From positions 34,225 to 98,224 of the forward strand of contig JBBIHH010000008.1 of assembly GCA_037447115.1 (NCBI GenBank): DNA of 64,000 bases, given 5' to 3'. Origin of the DNA: Acidobacteriota bacterium (lineage in GTDB: Bacteria; Acidobacteriota; Polarisedimenticolia; Polarisedimenticolales; JBBIHH01). The notes under the pieces are model-generated. The model was not told the origin of the DNA, did no database searches, and was given only the letters and a program-made list of their open reading frames with translations. Position 1 is the first letter of the stretch, and every line of letters starts with the position of its first letter. This document shows positions 38,993 to 48,191 of the stretch, in pieces. Both the position numbers and the translations under genes were made by a program.

Positions 38993-40684
38993 ATGAAGCT
39001 GATCGAATGCGTCCCCAATTTCAGCGAGGGCCGGGACCGCGAGATCATCGATGCCATCACGGCCGAAATCGTCCGTACCCCCGACGCGATGCTCCTCGAC
39101 GTGGACCCCGGCTCCGCCACGAACCGCACCGTCGTCACCTTCGTCGGCCCACCCGAGGCGGTGGAGGAGGCCGCCTTCCGCGCCATCCGCAAGGCGGCGC
39201 AGCTCATCGACATGTCGAAGCACACAGGCGAGCACCCGCGCATGGGGGCCACGGACGTCTGCCCCTTCGTCCCCGTGCAGGGCGCCACCATGGAGGATTG
39301 CGTCGAGATCGCCCGCCGCCTGGGCAAGCGCGTGGGCGAAGAGCTCGGCATCCCGGTCTACCTCTACGGCTACGCCGCCACCCGCCCCGAGCGCCGCCGG
39401 CTGCCCGACATCCGCGAGGGCGAGTACGAGGCCCTTTCGGAGAAGCTCCAGCGCCCCGAGTGGAAACCGGACTTCGGCCCGGCCGAGTTCAACCCCCGGG
39501 CCGGCGCCACCGTGATCGGAGCGCGCGACTTTCTCATTGCGTGGAACGTGAACCTCAACACGCGCGACCGCACGATCGCTAACCGCATCGCCGGCGAGCT
39601 GAGAGAGACCGGGAAGCCTCTGCGCGACGAACACGGCAAACACGTCCGCGACGCGGAAGGCAAGCTCGTGCGCGTTCCCGGGCGCTTCAAGGAGCTGCAG
39701 GGCGCCGGCTGGTACATCGAGGAATACGGGCGCGCGCAGATCTCCTTCAACATCATGAACTACAAGGTCGCACCGATTCACGAGGTCTTCGACGCCTGTT
39801 GCGAGGAGGCGCAGAAACACGGCGTGCGCGTCACGGGGAGCGAGCTCGTCGGCCTCATCCCTCTCGAAGCGATGCTGATGGCGGGCGATCACTACCTTGC
39901 CAAGCAGGGCGCCACCACGGGCGTGCCCGAGCGGGAGCGGGTGCGGATGGCGGTGTGGTCGCTCGGGCTCGCGGAACTCGGGCCCTTCGATCCCCAACAG
40001 AAGATCATCGAGTACAGGTATCGCGGGGCGCCGAAGGGCCTGAAGGCGATGCGCCTGTACGAGTTCGCCGACGAGCTTTCCAGCGACTCGCCTGCCCCCG
40101 GCGGCGGCAGCGTGGCCGCCCTCTGCGGGGTGCTTTCCGCCGCGCTGTCGAGCATGGTGGCCGCGCTCGCCTGGCCCAAGAAAAGCTCCGAGCACGACCG
40201 CAAACGCATGCAGGAGATCGGCACGCGGGCGCAGCGGCTCAAGGACGCCCTCCTCGAAGCTGTGGACCTCGACACCGAGGCGTTCCGCGCCGTCCTCGCC
40301 GCGCGCCGACTTCCGCAAGGGACCGGGCAGGAGCAGGCGGCGCGCGCGCGCGCGATCGAGCAGGCGGTCCAGAACGCCGCGCGCGTGCCCCTCGAGGTCC
40401 TCCAGCGCGCCGTCGAAGCCCTGGAACTCTCGCTCGAAGCCGCCCGCCACGGCAACCCTGCGTCCGTCTCCGACGCGGGTACCGCCGGCGCCGCCGCCCT
40501 CGCCGCCGCCGAGGGCGGCGCCCTCAACGTGCGCATCAACCTGCCCGGCTTCGCCGACAAGACGACCGCCACGGAGTTCGCGCGCAAACAGCAGGAACTG
40601 CTCCGCCGCGCCCGCACACTCGCCGAAGAGATCCGCCGCACCGTCGAAGAGGTGATGGCGCAAAGCGAGGGGTCGGAACGGTAG
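38993..40684 (+). CDS. ftcd: Glutamate formimidoyltransferase / formiminotetrahydrofolate cyclodeaminase
   Basis: ECVPNFSEGR, HPRMGATDVCPFVP, GSELVGLIP, SPAPGGGSVAAL, NVRINL. Confidence 0.95.
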   Translation: MKLIECVPNFSEGRDREIIDAITAEIVRTPDAMLLDVDPGSATNRTVVTFVGPPEAVEEAAFRAIRKAAQLIDMSKHTGEHPRMGATDVCPFVPVQGATMEDCVEIARRLGKRVGEELGIPVYLYGYAATRPERRRLPDIREGEYEALSEKLQRPEWKPDFGPAEFNPRAGATVIGARDFLIAWNVNLNTRDRTIANRIAGELRETGKPLRDEHGKHVRDAEGKLVRVPGRFKELQGAGWYIEEYGRAQISFNIMNYKVAPIHEVFDACCEEAQKHGVRVTGSELVGLIPLEAMLMAGDHYLAKQGATTGVPERERVRMAVWSLGLAELGPFDPQQKIIEYRYRGAPKGLKAMRLYEFADELSSDSPAPGGGSVAALCGVLSAALSSMVAALAWPKKSSEHDRKRMQEIGTRAQRLKDALLEAVDLDTEAFRAVLAARRLPQGTGQEQAARARAIEQAVQNAARVPLEVLQRAVEALELSLEAARHGNPASVSDAGTAGAAALAAAEGGALNVRINLPGFADKTTATEFARKQQELLRRARTLAEEIRRTVEEVMAQSEGSER

Positions 40685-40751
40685 GGACGAGGCGCATCTC
40701 GCCCGCTTCCCCGCATCGCTCGTCCCCCGGAACCAGGCTACCCTCCCAGGC

Positions 40752-41555
40752 GTGGGCCTCGAACCGCTCGCGGGAACGTCATGCCGCCGTCGCTCGTGCC
40801 TACCCGAGCCAAGCGCTTCTTCGACCTTCAACCGGCCGGCCGCAGGCGCGCGCATCGGCGGGGCGGACGGCTGCCGCGCGGGGTGGATCTGCCTGGTGCG
40901 TACGCCCGCTTCGGCGCAGCTGGAAGGAGTCCTCGCGCGCTCCGCCCGAGACCTACTGGCGCTGGCCAGCGAGCTCCATGTCCTAGCCGTGGACATCCCG
41001 ATCGGTCTTGCCGACCGGGGTCGCCGAGCGTGCGACCACGAGGCCCGAAAGCTCCTGGGCTGGCCCAGGTGCCAGAGCGTCTTTCCCGCACCCGTTCGGC
41101 CCGCACTGTCCGCACGCTCCCGCCGGCAAGCTTCGCGCATCACGAGCCGCGTGGACGGCCGCCGCGTCGGCGCCCAGGCGTGGGCGCTCTACCCGAAGAT
41201 CCGGGAAATGGACGCCGCGTTGCGCTCCGCCTCTCCCGGGCTACGCCGCAAGATTTTCGAGATCCACCCCGAGGTGTCCTTCTGGGCGTGGAACCGGGAG
41301 CGACCGATGGCGGAGAGCAAGAAAACGCCCGCGGGGCGAAGCGCCCGCCTTCGTTTGGTGCGCGCGCGCTTCGGCCATCGGGCCTACGATTTCGTGCGCG
41401 AAGCCTTCCTCCGAAAAGACGTCGCGGACGACGACATCCTGGACGCCTTCGCCGCCCTGTGGACGGCGGAGCGGATCTTCTGTCGCCAGGCGCGGACCCT
41501 GCCAGCGCGCCCTCCCCGCGACGCCATGGACCTGACGATGGCCATCACGTACTGA
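40752..41555 (+). CDS. DUF429 family protein (predicted RNase H-like nuclease)
   Basis: GADGCRAGW, VDIPIGL, FEIHPEVSF, DDILDAFAA; true start may lie further downstream. Confidence 0.85.
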   Translation: MGLEPLAGTSCRRRSCLPEPSASSTFNRPAAGARIGGADGCRAGWICLVRTPASAQLEGVLARSARDLLALASELHVLAVDIPIGLADRGRRACDHEARKLLGWPRCQSVFPAPVRPALSARSRRQASRITSRVDGRRVGAQAWALYPKIREMDAALRSASPGLRRKIFEIHPEVSFWAWNRERPMAESKKTPAGRSARLRLVRARFGHRAYDFVREAFLRKDVADDDILDAFAALWTAERIFCRQARTLPARPPRDAMDLTMAITY

Positions 41556-41750
41556 GACCGCCGAACGATCCTCGCGTGACAGGACCGATGACAGCGCTCG
41601 GGAGCATGGGACCGAAGGGTTCCCATTGGCCGGTGTCGGATCGGACCGCCTCACTGTCGCCGCCAACCCACTGAAATTCTTTGTACCTCGGCGCGCCCCT
41701 CCCCCTTCGCGCCGGCAGGCAGGCCCTGCCTCGACACGCAGTCTCTCGCT

Positions 41751-43652
41751 TCACGGAACGCAAGTGGCGGTCAGATCCTGAGGCAAATCGCAACCGAGCG
41801 ACCCCACGTCCTGCGGCCGTTCGACGCCCGAGCTGTTCTGGCCGTACGACCCCTCCACGATCCCCGTGTTCCCGACCACGACGAAGAAGGCGTTGTCCAG
41901 CGTGCCCGGCTTGAAGAGGGTCGTTCCCGAGTTCCCTCGCCAACACGCGGCACCGGAATAGGTGTAGCTCGAGACGTTGGCCAGGTCGCCGTAGTAGATC
42001 GTGTGGTTCGTCGCGTTGCAGGCGGGATGGTACGTCACCTCGATCTCGCCCGTGGCCTTGTGATAGCGCGCGCGCATCTGTTGCGACGCCACACTCGGCT
42101 CCGAGGTTTCGCCGGGCGCGCCGAACACGGTCGGGCTGACGGTGATGATCTGGTCCGCCGCGAAGTTCGTCAGCGTGGTGGTGCTGCCGTCCGTCCATTC
42201 CACCGTGAGGGTGTCTACCGTGGTCGCCGCGCCGAGCCCGAAGTGGGCCACGAGCTGGCTCTGGCCAAGGTAGGTCGCCCCGCGGCTCATGTAGAAGTAC
42301 TGCGTCACCCCGCCCGCGGTGACGATCACCCGCGAACCGATGCCGTCGGGCGCCAGAGGTGGTCCGACGCCGCTCGTGTCCAGCAGGACCTCCAGCCAGT
42401 GTTTGTCGGGCCCCGAAAGATCGTTGCGGAATACGGCGACCTGCGCGTTGTGAGGCACGATCACGAGATCCATGTCGCCGTCGCGGTCGTAGTCCAGAGT
42501 CATGATCGAACGGCCCTCGGCGGTGTACGGCAACTCGGAACGCGTGAAGGTCAGGTCCCCGTTGTTCCGGTAAAGATACGAAGGCTCGACCCTGAACTCG
42601 GCATCCGACCAGCCGTTCGTCTCCGCGAGGTCCGTCCAACCGTCGTGGTCGAAGTCGAGCGCCGTCGTTCCCCAACCCCAACCGCCGTCTTTGCATCCGC
42701 ACCCCGCGGGCAAATCATCGAAGGTGTGATTGCCGAGATTCAAGTACATGTAGTTGCCGTCTTTGCTCAGATCGTCGCGGTAGATGGATGTGGTGTACCA
42801 ATCCTGCAGCCCGTCGCGGTTGATGTCGAGAACGGCACTGCCCATCCCGTTGTCCTCGAGGCCCGTTCCCGACGGGCTCGTCCAGTTCGTGAACGTGCCG
42901 TCCTGGTTATTCTTGTAGTATTTGGTCGTCTTGAAGTCCGACACCAACAGCAGTTCCGGGTAGCGGTCATTGTCCATATCGGCGAAACGGGGCACGAATC
43001 CCCGCATGTCCTGCGCGATCCCTGCCGCCACCGTGACGTCCGTGAACATCCCGTCCCCGTTGTTCCGAAACAGGCGGTTGCCGTCGTTGAAGGCGTCCCA
43101 CGTCGCGACGAACAGATCGAGCCACCCATCGAGGTTGTAGTCACCGAAAGCGGCGCTCGCCGTGGACAGGAATTCCGAGGTGTACGCCACACCCGCCGCC
43201 TCGGCGACGTTGGTGAACGTCCCGTCGCCGTTGTTACGGTACAGGATATGCTGTCCGGGCCGGTCGCCACCCGTCATGTCGCCTGCGCTGGTGATGGAGA
43301 TATCGAGCCAGCCGTCGTTGTTGTAGTCGCCAGCCACGGCGCCGCGCCCGCGGTGTTCGAGGGCGATGCCCCACTGCGCGGCGCGGTCCGTGAACGTCCC
43401 GTCCCCGTTGTTGATGTAGAGGGCATCGGCGACGCCGCCACCGCCGAGGAGAAAAATATCGGGCCAGCCGTCCCTGTTGAAATCGCCCACCGTCCCACCC
43501 GGCCAGTGGGGCCGGCCGGCCGTCGTGGGCACGTTGGTCGTGAAGGCGATCCCGCACGCCACCGTCTGGTCGCTGAAAGACTGCCCGCTCGAGGGTAGCG
43601 CGGAAGCGAAGGACACGAGCAAGGCTAGGCCAAGAAGCCGACGATGATCCAT
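41751..43652 (-). CDS. CRTAC1/ASPIC-UnbV family exported protein with extra C-terminal domain
   Basis: Signal peptide; DFNRDG/DYNNDG/NNGDGTF repeats; GIGSRV..AHFGLG..VEWTDG; ~120-aa Cys-containing tail. Confidence 0.9.
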   Translation of the reverse strand: MDHRRLLGLALLVSFASALPSSGQSFSDQTVACGIAFTTNVPTTAGRPHWPGGTVGDFNRDGWPDIFLLGGGGVADALYINNGDGTFTDRAAQWGIALEHRGRGAVAGDYNNDGWLDISITSAGDMTGGDRPGQHILYRNNGDGTFTNVAEAAGVAYTSEFLSTASAAFGDYNLDGWLDLFVATWDAFNDGNRLFRNNGDGMFTDVTVAAGIAQDMRGFVPRFADMDNDRYPELLLVSDFKTTKYYKNNQDGTFTNWTSPSGTGLEDNGMGSAVLDINRDGLQDWYTTSIYRDDLSKDGNYMYLNLGNHTFDDLPAGCGCKDGGWGWGTTALDFDHDGWTDLAETNGWSDAEFRVEPSYLYRNNGDLTFTRSELPYTAEGRSIMTLDYDRDGDMDLVIVPHNAQVAVFRNDLSGPDKHWLEVLLDTSGVGPPLAPDGIGSRVIVTAGGVTQYFYMSRGATYLGQSQLVAHFGLGAATTVDTLTVEWTDGSTTTLTNFAADQIITVSPTVFGAPGETSEPSVASQQMRARYHKATGEIEVTYHPACNATNHTIYYGDLANVSSYTYSGAACWRGNSGTTLFKPGTLDNAFFVVVGNTGIVEGSYGQNSSGVERPQDVGSLGCDLPQDLTATCVP

Positions 43653-43917
43653 GGTCCACTCCCTCCGGCCGCCGCCCCTATGACGTTCTGCCCTACGGAC
43701 GCGCCCGGGGTTGTCCGCAATGGTTCGTCCTTGCCCCGACTCACGCATGCGGAGGTAGGAACGCTTATCTGATACCGACTGGCGCACGCGATGTCAATCG
43801 AATATCCGGGGGCCCGCGAAACCTGGGGGCGGATCCAGCTCGGCGGGCTTCGGCCTCGACCGTCGCTCTCATCGTGCGGGCGCGTTCGCTCGCCCGCACC
43901 GAAGCCAGTCGTTTTCG

Positions 43918-44436
43918 ATGGCCATCGCGGCCGAAACGCAGCACCCCCGACCGCTGCTCGTGCTGGAGCCACTGCGCGCCGACTACCCGTGGGCGAGCGC
44001 GCGGTTGCATCGGTTCGTGCTCGACGGCATGGCGGATCAGGCCCGCGCATTCGAGGACACGGGCGCCCTCTACTACCCGTACGTCGAGCCGCGAAAGGGC
44101 GCGGGCAAGGGTCTCCTCGAGGCCCTCGCCTCCCGCCCGTGCTCGGTGGCGACGGACGACTACCCGGCGTTCTTCTTGCCCCGCATGCTGCAGGCGGCAG
44201 CCCGCAAGCCCGCGGTCGGCAACCATCCCGACCGCGCGGCCACGAGCGGACTGTGGCCCTACCTGCACTTCGGGCATCTTTCGGCGCACGAGGTCCTCGA
44301 GGCCATCGCGGCGCAGGAGGGTTGGAGCCCAGAGCGGCTGGCCCCCACCCGCGACGACTACGACCGCTACGGCTCCCTGCCGGAGCGGGCGCGCCAGACC
44401 CTCGATGCGCACCGCCGCGACCGGCGCCCGCACTAT
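43918..44436 (+). pseudogene. Internally deleted class II CPD photolyase
   Basis: RPLLVLEPLRADYPWASARLHRFVLDGM, TDDYPAFFLPRM, NHPD..TSGLWPYLHFGHLS and YGSLPERARQTL..H..DRRP; intervening segments and C-terminal FAD domain missing. Confidence 0.75.
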
Positions 44437-44443
44437 CAGGCGA

Positions 44444-44887
44444 TCACGCCACTGCAAGCTCGCTCGTGCAGTGCGGGCAACGCTTGGCCGCGATGGGAAT
44501 GTCCGTGGCACAGAACGGACAAGTCTTGGCCGTCGGAGCCGGCGGCGGTGCCTGGTCTTTTTTCTTCAAGCGGTTGATGGGCTTGACCACGAGGAAAATC
44601 GCGAACGCCACGATCAAAAAGTCCAGGACGTAGTTGACGAACAACCCGACGTTGATCGTGGGCGCACCCGCTTGCTGCGCCGCGGCCACCGTCTCGTAGC
44701 GCTTGCCCGAGAGGTCGACGAAGATATTCGAGAAGTCGACGCCGCCGGTGATCAGGCCGATGGGCGGCATCAAGATATCGTTGACGAACGACGAGACGAT
44801 CTTTCCGAACGCGCTGCCCAAGACGATCCCGACCGCCATGTCGAGCACGTTGCCACGCATCGCGAACTCTTTGAACTCCTTGAGCAT
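44444..44887 (-). CDS. mscL: Large-conductance mechanosensitive channel with C-terminal zinc ribbon
   Basis: [24 protein letters not shown]; tail CPFC..CPHC; GGAGG RBS. Confidence 0.96.
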   Translation of the reverse strand: MLKEFKEFAMRGNVLDMAVGIVLGSAFGKIVSSFVNDILMPPIGLITGGVDFSNIFVDLSGKRYETVAAAQQAGAPTINVGLFVNYVLDFLIVAFAIFLVVKPINRLKKKDQAPPPAPTAKTCPFCATDIPIAAKRCPHCTSELAVA

Positions 44888-44932
44888 ACCGACTCCTCCT
44901 TCCCTCCGTGTTTGCTTCGCTTTCGCTGTCTT

Positions 44933-45490
44933 CTACGGCGAAGGGCGACGGGAATCTTCTTCTCGATCCCGCGCTTGGATCAGCTGTTGCAGCTGCTTCG
45001 GGCCGGGAGAGTTCGAGCCACAGCCCCCGCCCTCGTCGGGGTAGCCCAGCTCTCGCGGTCCGACGCCAGGTTGTGCCCAGGAAAAACAGACGGCTGAGCG
45101 GCCATGAACGAACGCGACCGCTCGCCGCTCCGAGTAACCCGGGTCGTATACGCGCAAATCCAACCTTCCCTCGCCGACGACCTCGAAATCGCCGGCGATT
45201 GTGGACCCGGCGTCGCAGCGGAAGCGAAAGGGCGAGCGCTCGCCTTCCACCAGCCGGGACTTGCCATCGACCACGATGATCCCGCGGAAAGTCGCGCTCT
45301 TCGGGTGCACCTCCAGGACGAATCGGTAAGGCCGTTGCGGCCGGTCCGGGGCGCGCGCCTTGCCCGCCCGTCCTAGCGAGACCGAACCCGCGACGGCAAC
45401 AAGCGCCGCCGCGACGACCCAGAGTCGGGCGCTCTTCCGGTAGCGCCGGCGAGCGAGCGAGCGAGCGAGCGAATCATCTCGCTCCCCCAA
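44933..45490 (-). CDS. Hypothetical exported protein, possibly phase-variable
   Basis: Signal-like LWVVAAALVAVAGSVSLG then a beta-rich domain; in-frame TTG at 45490, while the RBS-preceded ATG at 45477 is out of frame. Confidence 0.55.
   Translation of the reverse strand: MGERDDSLARSLARRRYRKSARLWVVAAALVAVAGSVSLGRAGKARAPDRPQRPYRFVLEVHPKSATFRGIIVVDGKSRLVEGERSPFRFRCDAGSTIAGDFEVVGEGRLDLRVYDPGYSERRAVAFVHGRSAVCFSWAQPGVGPRELGYPDEGGGCGSNSPGPKQLQQLIQARDREEDSRRPSP
45449..45472. repeat. Tetranucleotide simple sequence repeat (GCGA)6 / (TCGC)6
   Basis: Six perfect units read directly. Confidence 0.95.
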
Positions 45491-45665
45491 GCTACGGGCG
45501 CATCCCACGACGAGGGCCTCTAGGGGCACGATTCTACGTGGGGTGCGCCCGGAGGCGGATCTTCGATGTCCATCGCGCCTGCGCAAGCACCGGCATCGGG
45601 GGCGGCGAGCCAGCGGCCGAGCTTTTGCCCCGGGGCGCCACCGCTGGCCGGTCGCCGCCGGCCAC

Positions 45666-46211
45666 CTACGGGTCGGAAGGGACTGCGGGAGACCACGCTT
45701 CCACGGTCAGGCTCGGGGGTGAAGCGTCCGCGCCGGCATCGAAGAGCCCGATCACGCGCACCCGCTGGCCGAGCAGATCTTCCCACTTTCTCGGCTCCTG
45801 CGCGACCGGACCCCCGGCCAGGCTCCACCGGCGCTGGACGCCGGGGATCTCCAGCTTGGGCCCTTCTTTCTCGAGCGCAAGAACGCCCACGGCCGTGACG
45901 CGGATCTCCCGGGGCGTGAAGCCCGCATCGCGCACGGCGCGGGGGATTCGCGCGGGATCGAAACTCCTGTCCTTGCGCGGCAGCACGATCGCCTCGCCTT
46001 CCTTCAAGCTCACCCGCACTTCGCCGACGCCTTCCAGGCGCCGCAGGGCCTTCTCGGCCCCGTAGGCTCAAAGCGGTCAGGTCATGCCGTCGAGCCGCAC
46101 GGCCGCGCGCTCCACCTGCGCCCACGAGGGTGCGGCGAAGACGACGACGAAGAAGAGCAGCGCCACGAGAGGCACGGGCGTTCCTGCCCGCCTCGAGGGC
46201 CGTGGGGTCAT
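45666..46211 (-). CDS. Exported heavy-metal-associated (HMA/CopZ-like) selenoprotein with UxxU motif, 181 aa by double UGA readthrough
   Basis: GAC GGC ATG ACC TGA CCG CTT TGA GCC TAC GGG = DGMT-U-PL-U-AYGAEKALRRLEGVGEVRVSL..AVRDAGF; joins ORFs 46077-46382 and 45666-46019 in one frame; signal peptide ..FAAPSWA; ATGA-coupled to upstream gene. Confidence 0.85.
46025..46062 (-). promoter_or_regulatory. Two adjacent candidate bacterial SECIS hairpins
   Basis: CGGGGCC-GAGAA-GGCCCUG (46062-46044) and CGGCGCCU-GGA-AGGCGUCG (46043-46025); both loops start with G. Confidence 0.6.
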
Positions 46212-47176
46212 CTCGAACCTCCCTTCACGGGCTCCAGAATCCAGATCCGATTCCCCGCCGGATCCGTCGCGTACAGACGCCCCGCGGGATGCCACGCCAC
46301 GGCCGCCGGCGACTGGAAGCGCGGCCCCTCCGCCGCCGGCAGCGCCCACTCGGCGATGTAGCTCCCGTCCGCAGCGAGCCACTGCAAGCGAAAGTTGCCG
46401 CTATCCGCGACATGGAGCTCACCGTCTGGCGCGACCGCGACGTCCACCGGGTCCTGGAACCGACCGTGCCAGCTCCCGGCGCTGCCCCAAGCCGCGACGA
46501 ACACCCCCTCGGGCGTGAACTTCTGGATCCGGTAGTTGTGCGCGTCCGCGACGTAGATCGCCCCGTCGGGGCCGACGGTGAGCCGGCCGGGATAGTGCAA
46601 GCGGCCGGGCTCTTGGCCTTCGCCACCCCACTGCAAGAGCCACCTCCCTCCGGCATCGAAAACCTGCACCCGGTGGTCGTAGAACTCGGAAACGTAGACC
46701 CGCGACGAGCCGTCCACGGCCACACCCACGGGCGAGGAAAGCTCGCCGGGTTCCGAGCCCGAGCGGCCCCACGCGCGGAGGAACGCTCCCCCGGACTCGT
46801 AGACTTGCACGCGGTCGAGCATGAAATCCACGACGTAGACCTGGCCGTCCGGGCCCACCGCCACGTCCATCGGGCGCAGCAACTGCCCGGGAGCCTCGCC
46901 GCACTCGCCCCAGGCCCGCAGGAACTCGCCCGCCTCGGAGAAAACCTGAACGCGGCAGTTCTCGGCGTCCGCCGCGTAGACCAGACCGTCGCCATCCACC
47001 GCGATCCCCTGCGGCCCGTGGAAGCGACCCGGCTCGCGGCCCTCTCCGCCCCACTGGCCGACGACGCGGTATCGGGCGACGGCGGGCGGCGCCGGTTCGG
47101 GGGCGCAGGCGAGGCCGCTGGCGTATCCCGCGAACAGGAGCGACAGGCGAAGGGTGCGCGATCTCAGAACAGCCAT
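46208..47176 (-). CDS. NHL-repeat six-bladed beta-propeller lipoprotein
   Basis: Repeats of WG..G.EPG....P.G/D.AV..DG.VYV.D..N.RVQ.F; GLAC lipobox-like. Confidence 0.9.
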   Translation of the reverse strand: MAVLRSRTLRLSLLFAGYASGLACAPEPAPPAVARYRVVGQWGGEGREPGRFHGPQGIAVDGDGLVYAADAENCRVQVFSEAGEFLRAWGECGEAPGQLLRPMDVAVGPDGQVYVVDFMLDRVQVYESGGAFLRAWGRSGSEPGELSSPVGVAVDGSSRVYVSEFYDHRVQVFDAGGRWLLQWGGEGQEPGRLHYPGRLTVGPDGAIYVADAHNYRIQKFTPEGVFVAAWGSAGSWHGRFQDPVDVAVAPDGELHVADSGNFRLQWLAADGSYIAEWALPAAEGPRFQSPAAVAWHPAGRLYATDPAGNRIWILEPVKGGSR

Positions 47177-47988
47177 CGCACGCCTGCGATGAGCGAGACG
47201 CGGGGACGCGTTTGATCGCCGTTCAGCTCGCGCACCACCGCGACGGGGACGGAGAACTCGAGGACGAGCCTGTTGCCCGGGATGTACTCGATGCCCGGCG
47301 AGAGATAAACGAGATGGCCCCCGCTGTCCGGCTGCGCGACGCCGTCCACGCGCGAGCGGCCTTCCCGGCGGCCGTTGAGTTCGAGCACGGTGTAGAGGGC
47401 GGGAACCCCGAGGCCATCGCGCGGTAGGGTCCGGTAGACGTAGGCCACGTCGTAGAGCCACTCGTGGCCGAAGCGCAGATCCCCCTCGCCCGCGCGGGCG
47501 TAGGTGAACTGCGCGTCCGCCACGAGCCAGTGCGGGTCGCGCACCCGCGAGAAGACGATCCCCGCGATGGGATCCGTCGAATGGTTGCCGAAGGCACCCC
47601 CCGTGGGGAGCTTCAAGCCGAAAAGCGGCGACAGGCGCGTGAAGCCGCGCGGCACGTTGCGCCGGAGGAGATCGTGGCGGGCGAAGACGAACCCATCGGC
47701 CGATCCGGTGGTTCGCGTCTCGCCCTGAAGGCCGTCGCGTTCGACGGAGACGATCGGCGCGACGAAGGTCAGGTGCCAGTGCCGGTACGGCGACCAGACG
47801 ACGGCCATGGGCCAGGTCATCCGCTGCACGCGTTCGCCCGAGGCGGCAGGGGCGAACGTGTCCAGGCGCACGAACGTGCGCAGCATGACAGTCCTGTTGA
47901 ACAGCGTGCGCCCGCCCGGAGCCACGATCTGCGCCGCCGCGGGCCACGCGAGCGCGGCCACGAGCCAGGCCGCGCCGGCCCGTCGCAG
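47164..47988 (-). CDS. Outer-membrane beta-barrel (MetA-pathway/phenol-degradation 'transporter' family-like)
   Basis: Signal ..LAWPAAA|Q; GLKLPTG, LELNG, DSGG.LVYLSPG; C-terminal Phe (VRWLF); start codon uncertain. Confidence 0.75.
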   Translation of the reverse strand: MRRAGAAWLVAALAWPAAAQIVAPGGRTLFNRTVMLRTFVRLDTFAPAASGERVQRMTWPMAVVWSPYRHWHLTFVAPIVSVERDGLQGETRTTGSADGFVFARHDLLRRNVPRGFTRLSPLFGLKLPTGGAFGNHSTDPIAGIVFSRVRDPHWLVADAQFTYARAGEGDLRFGHEWLYDVAYVYRTLPRDGLGVPALYTVLELNGRREGRSRVDGVAQPDSGGHLVYLSPGIEYIPGNRLVLEFSVPVAVVRELNGDQTRPRVSLIAGVRWLF

Positions 47989-48191
47989 GATCCCCCCGAA
48001 GCGTGCGTCAGGCCTCGGGGCCTCGGGCTGCGATCGGTGTTCCCTCGACTCCGTGCGGGGGACTCCTGCCGCGGCGGGCCGCCCGTTCCCGAGCGGGCTC
48101 CCGAGCCGCTTCCCGGAGTCTATTCGAGCCTCGATCGCGCTGCAAGCTCCACCTGGCCGCCGAACGCAACGGCCGCCTCTGCCCGCGCGCG

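Noticed and set aside
40341..40354. (CG)7 run in ftcd
   Set aside because: Encodes Ala-Arg repeats in an intact frame of a GC-rich gene; no sign of a switch
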